Source: Bacteroidota bacterium (GTDB taxonomy: Bacteria > Bacteroidota > Bacteroidia > Palsa-948). Taken from it: DNA of 64,000 nt. Under the pieces are notes generated by a model. That model saw only the letters and a program-made list of their open reading frames with translations. It did no database searches and was not told where the DNA came from. Each line of letters opens with the position of its first letter. Position 1 is the stretch's first letter. Of this stretch, positions 10,390-18,702 are shown piece after piece. Made by a program: the position numbers and the translations under genes. The stretch spans positions 27,773 through 91,772 of the forward strand of contig JACRAM010000057.1 in assembly GCA_016213405.1 (NCBI GenBank), read 5' to 3'.

Positions 10390-11412
10390 TTAAAGCCCTG
10401 CAGAAGCAAGAGCAATAAAAATTATAAAACCGATTATTCCTTTTGCCACGGATGCGCCACCCGCTGCTTTTTTTGTTCTCATTTTCACCATTTCATTTTC
10501 ATAACCATTGCGATATAATTTCTCATCCACACCCGAAGGAATTTTTTCAAACGACACTTTAGAATTTATTGCTGCGGATGAAACAAACGGAGAACCGAAA
10601 GTCATGCCCGTGCAAAAGCCACCAGCCGCCCAACCACCTTTGTAATTCCGAACAGCATCGCTCACTCCGCGCTGATAACTTTGATAATAATAAGATGACT
10701 GCATATTATTCCATTTTTCTTTTTCATCTACTTCTCCCAAAGGGACAGAAACCTGAAGTTTCTTTTTTGCATCATAATAATCATCTGCATTTGTTTGAGC
10801 AGGAATCGTTCTTTGTTCGTTTGCCACCAGCCCTAAAGGGTGCTGCGAAGTATCTGGTATTTCTTTCTTCATGTTCTTCCCTGCTTCTTCTCCCTTTAAG
10901 GTTGGGGCAGGCGTTTCAGGTTTTTGCTCGGGCCACTGCAAATAAGTTTTTACAGCACTCTTCGTGATGCTTTTCTTCGTATCGCTTCCGGCTGGCAGAT
11001 ATGAAATCACCCATTCATCTTCCTTTAGAATAAAACAGCGAATGGTGTCTCCATAATAGGGAACAATTAAATCATAATTTTTTTTCAGGATTTTTTTCTC
11101 TTCATTAAATGTAATGAGATAAGTGGGCGTTTCAATTTTTTTTACATCCGAAGTTTTTACATCCATAAGGTTTCCATTTATAACATATTCCACCTTTGTG
11201 GTATCAATTTTCCAGAGGCGAACATGTTTTATTTCCTTTCCTGAAAAAAGTTGAATGCGGCTATTGCCCTGGGGCAGGGTGCTATCTTGCGCCAGCAAGA
11301 CGTAAGATGTTCCGAAGGGATTGAGACCAAGCAGAAAGCAGATGGAAAGAAAAATTATGCTGATGACCGACAGCCGGTTGCTGATTACTGATATATATAA
11401 TATTATTTTCAT
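10390..11412 (-). CDS. Hypothetical exported/membrane-anchored protein
   Basis: 340-aa ORF, N-terminal signal, two small beta-domains, Gly-rich hydrophobic segments and C-terminal TM. Confidence 0.65.
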   Translation of the reverse strand: MKIILYISVISNRLSVISIIFLSICFLLGLNPFGTSYVLLAQDSTLPQGNSRIQLFSGKEIKHVRLWKIDTTKVEYVINGNLMDVKTSDVKKIETPTYLITFNEEKKILKKNYDLIVPYYGDTIRCFILKEDEWVISYLPAGSDTKKSITKSAVKTYLQWPEQKPETPAPTLKGEEAGKNMKKEIPDTSQHPLGLVANEQRTIPAQTNADDYYDAKKKLQVSVPLGEVDEKEKWNNMQSSYYYQSYQRGVSDAVRNYKGGWAAGGFCTGMTFGSPFVSSAAINSKVSFEKIPSGVDEKLYRNGYENEMVKMRTKKAAGGASVAKGIIGFIIFIALASAGL

Positions 11413-11422
11413 GAAAATTAGT

Positions 11423-11743
11423 TTAGTAATTCAGATAATGCGTTTCGGGTTTGTTGTTATGAAATTCAAGCTTCAAGGGACCCCATTTGCTTTCAGTAAA
11501 TTCAATCCTGCTAATAACATCCATCATCTTATCATGTGTGCTTGAATTCTTTTCGTACACAATCCAGTATTCTTTTATTTCCAGAAGATTGATGTTCTTT
11601 ATTACAGAGTTATCCTTTTCAATAATTTTTCCTATTCCGAGTGCTTTTATGTCTTCCGGTTTGGTAAGGTCAGGCGCTTTGTTTTGCATGGCTGATGAAA
11701 AAGAGAACACCAGTGCAAATGAGAGGATAATTAAGTTAGACAT
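11423..11743 (-). CDS. Small secreted hypothetical protein
   Basis: 106 aa with signal peptide; operon spacing. Confidence 0.6.
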   Translation of the reverse strand: MSNLIILSFALVFSFSSAMQNKAPDLTKPEDIKALGIGKIIEKDNSVIKNINLLEIKEYWIVYEKNSSTHDKMMDVISRIEFTESKWGPLKLEFHNNKPETHYLNY

Positions 11744-11754
11744 GGTTTGTATTT

Positions 11755-11843
11755 TTTGATTGCACCGATTTTAAAAATGATTACACCGATTCTTTTGCTT
11801 TAATCGGTGTAATCATACTGTTTCTCATCGGTGAAATAGGTGA
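11755..11843. repeat. Intergenic GATTACACCGAT / ATCGGTGTAATC inverted repeat element
   Basis: GATTGCACCGAT and GATTACACCGAT followed by ATCGGTGTAATC and ATCGGTGAAAT. Confidence 0.7.
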
Positions 11844-11847
11844 AGGT

Positions 11848-13017
11848 TTATTGAACTCTTGGTTTTTTATAAATATTAAACCCGAATGAAACGCCAACCG
11901 TTGTTCCTGCCTTATCAGGCACTACAAACACATTCACGGGAATATTCAGGTAACCAGATTTAAATGTTCTTCCTACAGCTAAAACCAATCGGGCGGACAG
12001 AGCAGAAGAACCGCGGCTGTCTAATCGTTTTTCAGTCGAATAGGGATTGGGTACAGGGCGAGGAATGCCGGCAACTGTATCCATAATATTCCACTCATTC
12101 TCTAAGTGCCATGCATCGTTGCCAGCACCTAAAGAATTATTTGTATCATAAAATCCTTTTGCTTTTTGAACAATTCTGAAACTGGGACCGAAAGCAAATT
12201 CCCATCCTCCTTTTCCAAATCTGAAGCCATTCATAAAAGTTACGGAAGGAATGAACTTACCCGATTCAAGCCCGCTGATCATAGGGATGAACTCCACCAG
12301 TGCCTGAAAATTTCCGGCACTCAGGTATTGCCATTCATGCTGCCATCCGCAATCGAACATTACAGGATACATATCAAAACCGCCTTTGTCAGCTGAAGGC
12401 TCCTGAAGAACTTTTGCTCCATCGCCAAACACCATTGAGCCGCCCATTCTTGGACCATTCAATCTCAGTTGCGTCTTCGGGCTTTCAACAGGCGTATCGT
12501 AATTGATAAGAAGGTTCACCAAGTTTTGGTCAGGCGTAATACCCATCATCTTCTGCACCGAAATAGCTATCATCTTCTGCAATTCGGGCTGTAGATTCAG
12601 ATACTCAGTCGCATCTTGTTTCTCAACCACTTCTGTTTTTACATCAATCACTTTAAGTGAGATCACAATCTTTTCTCCGAATCGCTCCACGCTTCCTGTA
12701 ATCATCTTGTCAACTCCCAGCGATTTTCCAGCCGCCACCACGCATGATTTTCCAAAACAGGTTTTCGCATCAATGTTGTTTTTCTTCACACCTTCTGCCA
12801 CATCGTATTTGTCCATTACATTGTACACGTTTGCTTTCTCCATTTCGAGCCGAACCATGTAGCCGACTGCTTCAGCATCTGATATAACGCCTTTGCTGTC
12901 AATACCCAGCACTGCTGCCACGGGCTTGGCTTGGTTTTGTGCACTTGAACTAATGATTGCCCCGCACATTATAATACCGAGCATCATTGTTTTGATTGTT
13001 TGATTTGTTGTTTTCAT
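11848..13017 (-). CDS. Exported protein: N-terminal CsgG/TolB-N-like alpha/beta domain plus probable outer-membrane beta-barrel
   Basis: Signal peptide; C..KSCVVAAGKSLGVDKMITGSVERFGEKIVISLKVIDV; C-terminal amphipathic strands ending VGVSFGFN. Confidence 0.6.
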   Translation of the reverse strand: MKTTNQTIKTMMLGIIMCGAIISSSAQNQAKPVAAVLGIDSKGVISDAEAVGYMVRLEMEKANVYNVMDKYDVAEGVKKNNIDAKTCFGKSCVVAAGKSLGVDKMITGSVERFGEKIVISLKVIDVKTEVVEKQDATEYLNLQPELQKMIAISVQKMMGITPDQNLVNLLINYDTPVESPKTQLRLNGPRMGGSMVFGDGAKVLQEPSADKGGFDMYPVMFDCGWQHEWQYLSAGNFQALVEFIPMISGLESGKFIPSVTFMNGFRFGKGGWEFAFGPSFRIVQKAKGFYDTNNSLGAGNDAWHLENEWNIMDTVAGIPRPVPNPYSTEKRLDSRGSSALSARLVLAVGRTFKSGYLNIPVNVFVVPDKAGTTVGVSFGFNIYKKPRVQ

Positions 13018-13062
13018 TGTTGTTGATTTTGATTTTAATTGTTATTGTTATAAAAATATTTC

Positions 13063-13749
13063 TTAGAAATAAAATCTCACGAGCAAGTTGGTTTCAGTCG
13101 TGATAGAAGTGGAGGCATAATCCTCCTCTTGGTAATAAGAACCAGACGGATAATCCGCATTGGATTTTGTGCGCAGTAATCCCACTTCGGTGCCAACGCT
13201 GAAATGCCCGCTTAAAAAATATTCTCCGCCCAGCACAAGCCCCACCGCGCTGTTAGTAAAGGTTGCGGTAGTTTTATTATATGTAGTTATAGTATTATAA
13301 GGAGGGTTGGGATTATAGGTTGTGGTTTGTTGCACACCCTCATCACTGTTTTTAGATGCTATGTATTTTAATCCCGCATATAAATTGGTTTTTTCTTTTT
13401 GCCACATTCCATACATGCCCGCTCCGTAGGCAAAACTTTTGTTGACTAAATCTTCTTTCAAATATTTATTGTAACTTTTCGTTTGAAAATAACCAACTTC
13501 AGGTTGTATTCTGAAATTCGGATGGGCGTTAATGGTTACCACTATCCTGTTGCCGGCAGGCATAACATATTCGTATTGGCTTTGTAATAAATCATTCAAC
13601 AGGTTGGATGATTTCAGCCCTATGCCTATGATTCTATCCTTCTGTTTTTTCTCATCAGCAGGTTTAGTGGGCGCTGTAGGAATTTCCTGTGCTTTTGTAA
13701 ATGCACTTGCTGCAAGCAACAGTGTAATGATTGTGAGTTTTGTTTTCAT
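13063..13749 (-). CDS. Outer-membrane beta-barrel protein (OmpA/PorT-like fold)
   Basis: Signal peptide, alternating strands (LGGEYFL..HFSVGTEVG), C-terminal RFYF. Confidence 0.75.
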   Translation of the reverse strand: MKTKLTIITLLLAASAFTKAQEIPTAPTKPADEKKQKDRIIGIGLKSSNLLNDLLQSQYEYVMPAGNRIVVTINAHPNFRIQPEVGYFQTKSYNKYLKEDLVNKSFAYGAGMYGMWQKEKTNLYAGLKYIASKNSDEGVQQTTTYNPNPPYNTITTYNKTTATFTNSAVGLVLGGEYFLSGHFSVGTEVGLLRTKSNADYPSGSYYQEEDYASTSITTETNLLVRFYF

Positions 13750-13820
13750 TTTAATTGATTTTGGTTTGTGTTTGTTTTCCGTTTGACCCGTTGGATGTTA
13801 TCCTACGGGTTTTGATGAAA

Positions 13821-13980
13821 CAAAGATGTGCCCTATTGGCGAAGAGAAAAAACGGATTTGAGATAGAGAGAAACTGAACTCTTAGCGATTTCTGCAAAAA
13901 GAGCGCGGTACTATGCTTGAAGGCAGGTGTTTTTGCATTTTATGCAAATGGAAAAAGTAAATTATTGAATACTGCAAAAG
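13821..13980 (-). promoter_or_regulatory. Promoter/operator region 1 (-7-like box plus AAAAACGGATTTGA and TGCAAAA boxes)
   Basis: CATCTTTG on the minus strand at 13821-13828; motif set and spacing shared with 17459-17617. Confidence 0.6.
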
Positions 13981-14000
13981 AATTTTCGCACAATGTTGAT

Positions 14001-14639
14001 TTAAACTAAACTTTCTTTGTATTTAAATGCACTTTTGTATTTGTGTTTTAACCCGAAATAGATAAAAAGCAAGCTAAATAACATTATCATATGCGAAATA
14101 TCATTATGATTAAACCATGAAGCAAGTGATATTTTTTTTGAATGAATATAAATGGTAGAAAAAGATATAATAAAACCAGAGAATATCATCGCTTTATATT
14201 TTCGGGTGCGGATTGATGTTGGAAAATACAATACAACAAGTTGCACTAAGCCAACTAATGAATTGACAGAAACAACCAAAAAGTTTTTAAAATAAAATAC
14301 GCAAGCGAAAAAAACAAATAGCTGCACCAGAGAAATAGTAAAAAATAATTTATGCTTGTTAACATCAGCTATTTCTTCTTTACATGCCGCTACTTGTGCA
14401 TAAAACAAAGAAACGCCTGCAATGCACTGCATGATAAGCCAAGTAATTATATAGTAGCCGGAAGTGTGTTCCCAAGGCAAGCCATGAACCACAACACCCA
14501 AAAAAGTGGATACACAAAGAAATAAAAAGAATAATCGCCATTGAGTAATGTAAGTATTCCCTATCCGCAGTTTTGACAATGATTTGTAACACCAAAAACA
14601 AAAAATTGCCAATAAAAGATCGGTGAAGGCGGTTACCAT
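14001..14639 (-). CDS. Polytopic membrane protein, CREST/ceramidase-like (DUF6962-like)
   Basis: About 7 TM helices; TD, S..G...HG and FNHNDISH metal-ligand-like motifs. Confidence 0.6.
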   Translation of the reverse strand: MVTAFTDLLLAIFCFWCYKSLSKLRIGNTYITQWRLFFLFLCVSTFLGVVVHGLPWEHTSGYYIITWLIMQCIAGVSLFYAQVAACKEEIADVNKHKLFFTISLVQLFVFFACVFYFKNFLVVSVNSLVGLVQLVVLYFPTSIRTRKYKAMIFSGFIISFSTIYIHSKKISLASWFNHNDISHMIMLFSLLFIYFGLKHKYKSAFKYKESLV

Positions 14640-14646
14640 AACTGAA

Positions 14647-15741
14647 TTATATTTTGCCTGCTAATTTTTCAGTTCTTCCCATAATCTTTAAAAGATTTAT
14701 ATGAGAAGATAATGCCTGAAAAATTGTATTTTCTCTAAACCTGATATTATGTTTTAAAGCAGTTGCCCGTATTATTTGAGTAAGATCAAAATAATGAATA
14801 TGGCAAACGGAAGAAAAAAGGTGATGAGCGATATGAGTGTTAAGCCCTCCGCTTAACCAAAATAATATCTTGTTATTAACGCCAAAGTTGGTAGTCACTT
14901 CTACCTGATGCACTGCCCAGCTATTATCTATTATGCCATTATCTGGTTCAGGAAATGGACTGTCATCTAACGCATGAACAGGAAAAAAGATGATGGCAAG
15001 AAACACGCCCAAAACAAAGTGCATTAAAAAAAAGCCGATTAATATTTTCCAGCAGACAAGATTTATAAAAACTAATGGAATGACCAAAGCATACGTAAAG
15101 TAAACCAGTTTAGAAACAAATAAAATCAGATATTCTTTTTTGGGATGATTATAAAAATTATTATTTCCGAATTTTTTTGTGGCGAACAGTTGAAAATCTT
15201 TTATGAAAATCATGTATAAACTTGTGACCGGATAGAGCAGCGGCACATAGATATGCTGATAGCGATAAAACCATTTTAGTTTAACATGGTTCACCAATCT
15301 TGCAATTTTTATTTGTTCAATATCCATATCATAACCAGGAACGTTGGTAAAAGAATGGTGAGAAACGTTATGCTTTATATCCCAAATATACCTGTTCACG
15401 CCTATTAAATTGAAAGAATATGAAAATAGTTTATTCAGTTTTGAATTACTAAACAGAGCATTGTGCGAAGCATCATGAGAAATATTAAAGGCAATTAATG
15501 CTTGTGAAAGTCCGAATAATAACGCAAGCAGCAGCAGGGTTTGTTCACTAAACCTGTTACTTAATAAAGCGGCATAGGAACCAAAGAATAAAAAAGCAAT
15601 AATTACCATTTTAAGAATCATGGCTCTATTCGCCTTTTTTCCATATCCTTTTGAAATAAAATAGTTATCAGTTTTTTCTTTAACCTCTTTGTAAAAAGGA
15701 GTATGTAATGGTCTGCCAAATTTGATTGTATTATTTTCCAT
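14647..15741 (-). CDS. Membrane fatty acid (acyl-CoA) desaturase
   Basis: Three His boxes HDASH, HNVSHH, HIAHH; GGLN motif; TM segments. Confidence 0.9.
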   Translation of the reverse strand: MENNTIKFGRPLHTPFYKEVKEKTDNYFISKGYGKKANRAMILKMVIIAFLFFGSYAALLSNRFSEQTLLLLALLFGLSQALIAFNISHDASHNALFSNSKLNKLFSYSFNLIGVNRYIWDIKHNVSHHSFTNVPGYDMDIEQIKIARLVNHVKLKWFYRYQHIYVPLLYPVTSLYMIFIKDFQLFATKKFGNNNFYNHPKKEYLILFVSKLVYFTYALVIPLVFINLVCWKILIGFFLMHFVLGVFLAIIFFPVHALDDSPFPEPDNGIIDNSWAVHQVEVTTNFGVNNKILFWLSGGLNTHIAHHLFSSVCHIHYFDLTQIIRATALKHNIRFRENTIFQALSSHINLLKIMGRTEKLAGKI

Positions 15742-15756
15742 GACTTTTTTTATAAA

Positions 15757-15796
15757 AACCTTTCCAACCCGGTTTGATGCTGGGCTGGAAAAGTTT
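15757..15796. terminator. Hairpin, possible terminator after the 310-aa gene
   Basis: AACCTTTCCAACCCGG...CTGGGCTGGAAAAGTT imperfect stem. Confidence 0.4.
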
Positions 15797-15839
15797 AAAA
15801 GATGTTTTCAACACGGCTGCGGCTTTAACCCGTTGGATT

Positions 15840-16772
15840 TTATCCTACGGGTTGGAGATTCACATCCTGAGTGAGGTCGCCTCCTTCGGGAATGTTAAGG
15901 GCTTTGGTGTCGGTGACGAATAATGGTTTTGCAAATTCCATATTGCCGGGTCCCACAAAACCGGTTACAAGTTCAAAGTCGCCATTGGCATCGGTTACTG
16001 CGCTTTCGTTGGTTTCAACCAGGCGCGCGCTCATTCCTGCAAGGGCGGCTGCGGTAACGGCATGGCGCCCTTTTCCGCGGATGGTTGTTTTCACAGTGCT
16101 GACATACACCAATCCCCATTCGCGGGCTTTGTTGCGCTTGCTGGTGATGGGTTCTTCATTAAAAAATGTTTCCACTTCGTCCCAAACTTTCAAAATTATT
16201 TTGTCGGCTTCTTCGCGCTGGTCTTCCACATCTTCCTGCGCGCTGTCATAATTATTTTTTGCCGTGCTCTGCGCAATGTTGGCATTCTTGAAGGCGTTGT
16301 ATTCAAAAGTTACTTCAGCAATAGTGGGCATCGCCATGGGCGCTCCGCCTGCGGCAATGCGCGCGGCATCTCCGTCAATCAATCGCTGCCACCACTGGGT
16401 GAGCAGGGGTTCGGTGCTGATGTCAGGGACGCTGTTTGAGTTCACATCCAACTGGTAAAATGCGCGGTGCGATGGGGGAAACATTCCTCTATCCACTCCA
16501 TTATTAAATGCCTGAATGAAATGCGATACGAACATGCGCGCTCTTGCCTGAGCGGTTTCTTTCACCGTGGTGGAATCGGTTTGCGCCTGAAGTTTGTTTG
16601 CCCGCGCCTGCATCAGCGATGAAAACAGCGGCTGCATGGCATCCAACCGTGTGATAGTGTTTGGAGTAATGGCGATGTTAGCCGGTGCGGTGTTGTCTTT
16701 TTTGGTTTTTGCTCCGCTCAGGGCGATGTTGCGCTTTTCGTCTGAGTCGGGAAGTTTTCTTGTTATGCTCAT
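15840..16772 (-). CDS. Cytoplasmic hypothetical protein: helical N-terminal domain plus C-terminal CarboxypepD_reg-like beta-sandwich
   Basis: 310 aa, no signal peptide; SHFIQAFN, PTIAEV, WDEVE, REWGLVY recall a conserved Bacteroidota hypothetical family; tail VTDANGDFEL...DVNL. Confidence 0.7.
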   Translation of the reverse strand: MSITRKLPDSDEKRNIALSGAKTKKDNTAPANIAITPNTITRLDAMQPLFSSLMQARANKLQAQTDSTTVKETAQARARMFVSHFIQAFNNGVDRGMFPPSHRAFYQLDVNSNSVPDISTEPLLTQWWQRLIDGDAARIAAGGAPMAMPTIAEVTFEYNAFKNANIAQSTAKNNYDSAQEDVEDQREEADKIILKVWDEVETFFNEEPITSKRNKAREWGLVYVSTVKTTIRGKGRHAVTAAALAGMSARLVETNESAVTDANGDFELVTGFVGPGNMEFAKPLFVTDTKALNIPEGGDLTQDVNLQPVG

Positions 16773-16818
16773 TGTGATTGATTATTGGTTATTGTTTAGT
16801 GATTATTTATTATTAGTT

Positions 16819-17124
16819 GTTTTTTTGCCTCTCGCATTTGTGCGATACTATGTTTTAAACTTTTTTACGCCTCTCGCATTTATGCGAACTAATGTTTCAA
16901 TCTTTTTTATACCTGTCGCATTTGTGCGAACTCATATTTTGAACTTTTTTATGCCCCTCTCATTTATACGAACCCATGTTTCAAACTTTTTTCTCCCTCT
17001 CGTATTTGTGCGAACCCATACTTCAAACTTTTTTCTACCCTTCGGATTTGTGAAAACCCATCTTTCAAACTTTGTTTTGCCCTTCGGATTTGCGCGAACC
17101 CATGCTTTAAACTTTTTTATGCTC
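16819..17124. repeat. Tandem array of seven 42-bp units plus a partial eighth
   Basis: Units start at 16819, 16861, 16903, 16945, 16987, 17029, 17071, with no indels; consensus about TTTTTTnTnCCYCTCGCATTTGTGCGAACYCATnTTTCAAAC. Confidence 0.95.
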
Positions 17125-17126
17125 AT
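16932..17126 (-). CDS. Possible cationic 14-aa-repeat peptide (or decaying ORF) encoded by the array
   Basis: acaATG 7 nt after the XRE stop; KKFExWVRxNxRGx repeats; the phase continues past TGA and TAG at the Trp position. Confidence 0.35.
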   Translation of the reverse strand: MSIKKFKAWVRANPKGKTKFERWVFTNPKGRKKFEVWVRTNTRGRKKFETWVRINERGIKKFKI

Positions 17127-17133
17127 TGTATTC

Positions 17134-17370
17134 TTAATTTATATCCATTAATATTCTGAGCGGAACACCCAATGCTTTTGCAATATCACGCACATACAAA
17201 AAACCAGGATTTACTACCCCGCGTTCTAACCGCTGTATGCTCGACTTGTCTCTATTCATTTCATAGGCAAGTTTCTCCTGGCTGTAACCCAATTGCCTTC
17301 TAATCCATTTAATCCTTGCTATAAGTTTCAGCAAATCGGCATCTATATATATGTGAGAACTTTTTGGCAT
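17134..17370 (-). CDS. XRE-family helix-turn-helix regulator
   Basis: RIKWIRRQLGYSQEKLA...SSIQRLERGVVNP...IAKALGV. Confidence 0.85.
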   Translation of the reverse strand: MPKSSHIYIDADLLKLIARIKWIRRQLGYSQEKLAYEMNRDKSSIQRLERGVVNPGFLYVRDIAKALGVPLRILMDIN

Positions 17371-17458
17371 TGCTAATATCGGTTATAGTTATTAAAGGAT
17401 GGGCAACACATTTGTTGTCGGGTAGTTTGTATGATGACCTATTTTTATTTTCATACAA

Positions 17459-17617
17459 CAAATGTAAGTCGGCTTATCCGGCAATAAAAACGGATTTGAA
17501 CTAAAAGAAATTAAAAACCAAATGGAATCTTGCAAAAGCTTGCCCGAAACTGTAAAACGAAATCACTTTTTGCATTTTTCGCCAATGCATAATTGATAAA
17601 AATCATATCTTGCAAAA
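17459..17617 (-). promoter_or_regulatory. Promoter/operator region 2, between the XRE gene and the divergent HTH regulator
   Basis: TACATTTG -7 box on the minus strand at 17459-17466; AAAAACGGATTTGA and three TGCA boxes spaced as in region 1. Confidence 0.65.
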
Positions 17618-17654
17618 CATTTCTAATGAAATAATTACAATTCGATAAACTAAA

Positions 17655-18674
17655 ATGGAAGAAACCACAACAAAAAATCCTATCCAGTTAAAGTTTTTTG
17701 AAAAGTTAAAGCATCTTGCGCCTGCAAACATTTCGCTTGCCAATGAAATAGCCGATGTGCTTGAAATAAGTGCCGATGGCGCTTACCGCAGAATGCGCGG
17801 TGAAAGCGTGCTGAGCATGGATGAAATGGTGAAACTCTGCCGCCATTATAAAATTCCACCTGATGCCATTGTGGCTTCAGACGAAAATACTTCCGCCACT
17901 TTCCAGTTCCGAAAAATGATTCAGGATGAATCGGGGTTTGAAGATTACCTGAAAAATATTTACAATGATTTGCAGCGGATAAACGCCTCTCATCCCAAGC
18001 AGATTATTTATGCGGCAAGTGATATTCCCATCTTTCACCAGTTTTACCTTCCTGAATACGCGGCATTCAAAATGTATTGGTGGCAGAAAGCTATTTTGAA
18101 TTTACCATCCGTTGAAGGAAAAAAATTTGACCCTTCCGAAATCAGGAATGATTTCATTGAAACCTGTAAGCGCATCACCGATACCTATATTCAAATCCCT
18201 TCTATAGAAATCTGGCATAACGATACTTTTTCAAGCAACCTCGCCATGCTTGACTTTGCCTGGGAATCGGGCTGGTTTGATTCTAAGGAAAAAGCTTTCT
18301 TAGTTTGCGACAGCCTGACAAAAATTCTCAACTCGCTTGAAAAGCAGGCAGAAAAAAGTTCTAAATTCATTAAAGAAGAAAAGTGGGCTGAGAATGAGGG
18401 GAACTTTACCTTCTATCACAGCGAAGTGATTCTTACCAACAATCACATTTTTGTTACTGCGGGAAATGCACGGGTGCTTTATCTCACGCACAATACATTT
18501 AATTCCATGGCAACCACCAATAAAGTCTTCTGTGATGAAACCGAATCATGGCTGAAAAACCTGATGAAGAAATCTACTCAGATAAGCGGGATGGGAGAAA
18601 AGCAGCGCCACAAGTTTTTCAAAAAATGCCATGAAAAAGTTTCTGCTGTTGTTACCCGTATTTCAGAATCCTGA
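17655..18674 (+). CDS. HTH transcriptional regulator (BetR-like N-terminal domain plus large C-terminal domain)
   Basis: SLANEIADVLEISADGAYRRMRGES.LSMDE..KLC.HY HTH; 339 aa. Confidence 0.75.
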   Translation: MEETTTKNPIQLKFFEKLKHLAPANISLANEIADVLEISADGAYRRMRGESVLSMDEMVKLCRHYKIPPDAIVASDENTSATFQFRKMIQDESGFEDYLKNIYNDLQRINASHPKQIIYAASDIPIFHQFYLPEYAAFKMYWWQKAILNLPSVEGKKFDPSEIRNDFIETCKRITDTYIQIPSIEIWHNDTFSSNLAMLDFAWESGWFDSKEKAFLVCDSLTKILNSLEKQAEKSSKFIKEEKWAENEGNFTFYHSEVILTNNHIFVTAGNARVLYLTHNTFNSMATTNKVFCDETESWLKNLMKKSTQISGMGEKQRHKFFKKCHEKVSAVVTRISES

Positions 18675-18702
18675 CGGATAATCAAAGCAGGCAATACGGA
18701 GT

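Noticed and set aside
16819..17124. CRISPR array
   Set aside because: Units are contiguous diverged repeats with no unique spacers, and there are no cas genes in the window.
16594..17151. 185-aa plus-strand ORF as an annotated gene
   Set aside because: Its first 60 codons are antisense to the 310-aa gene and the openness follows from a repeat period divisible by 3; kept only as a hypothesis.
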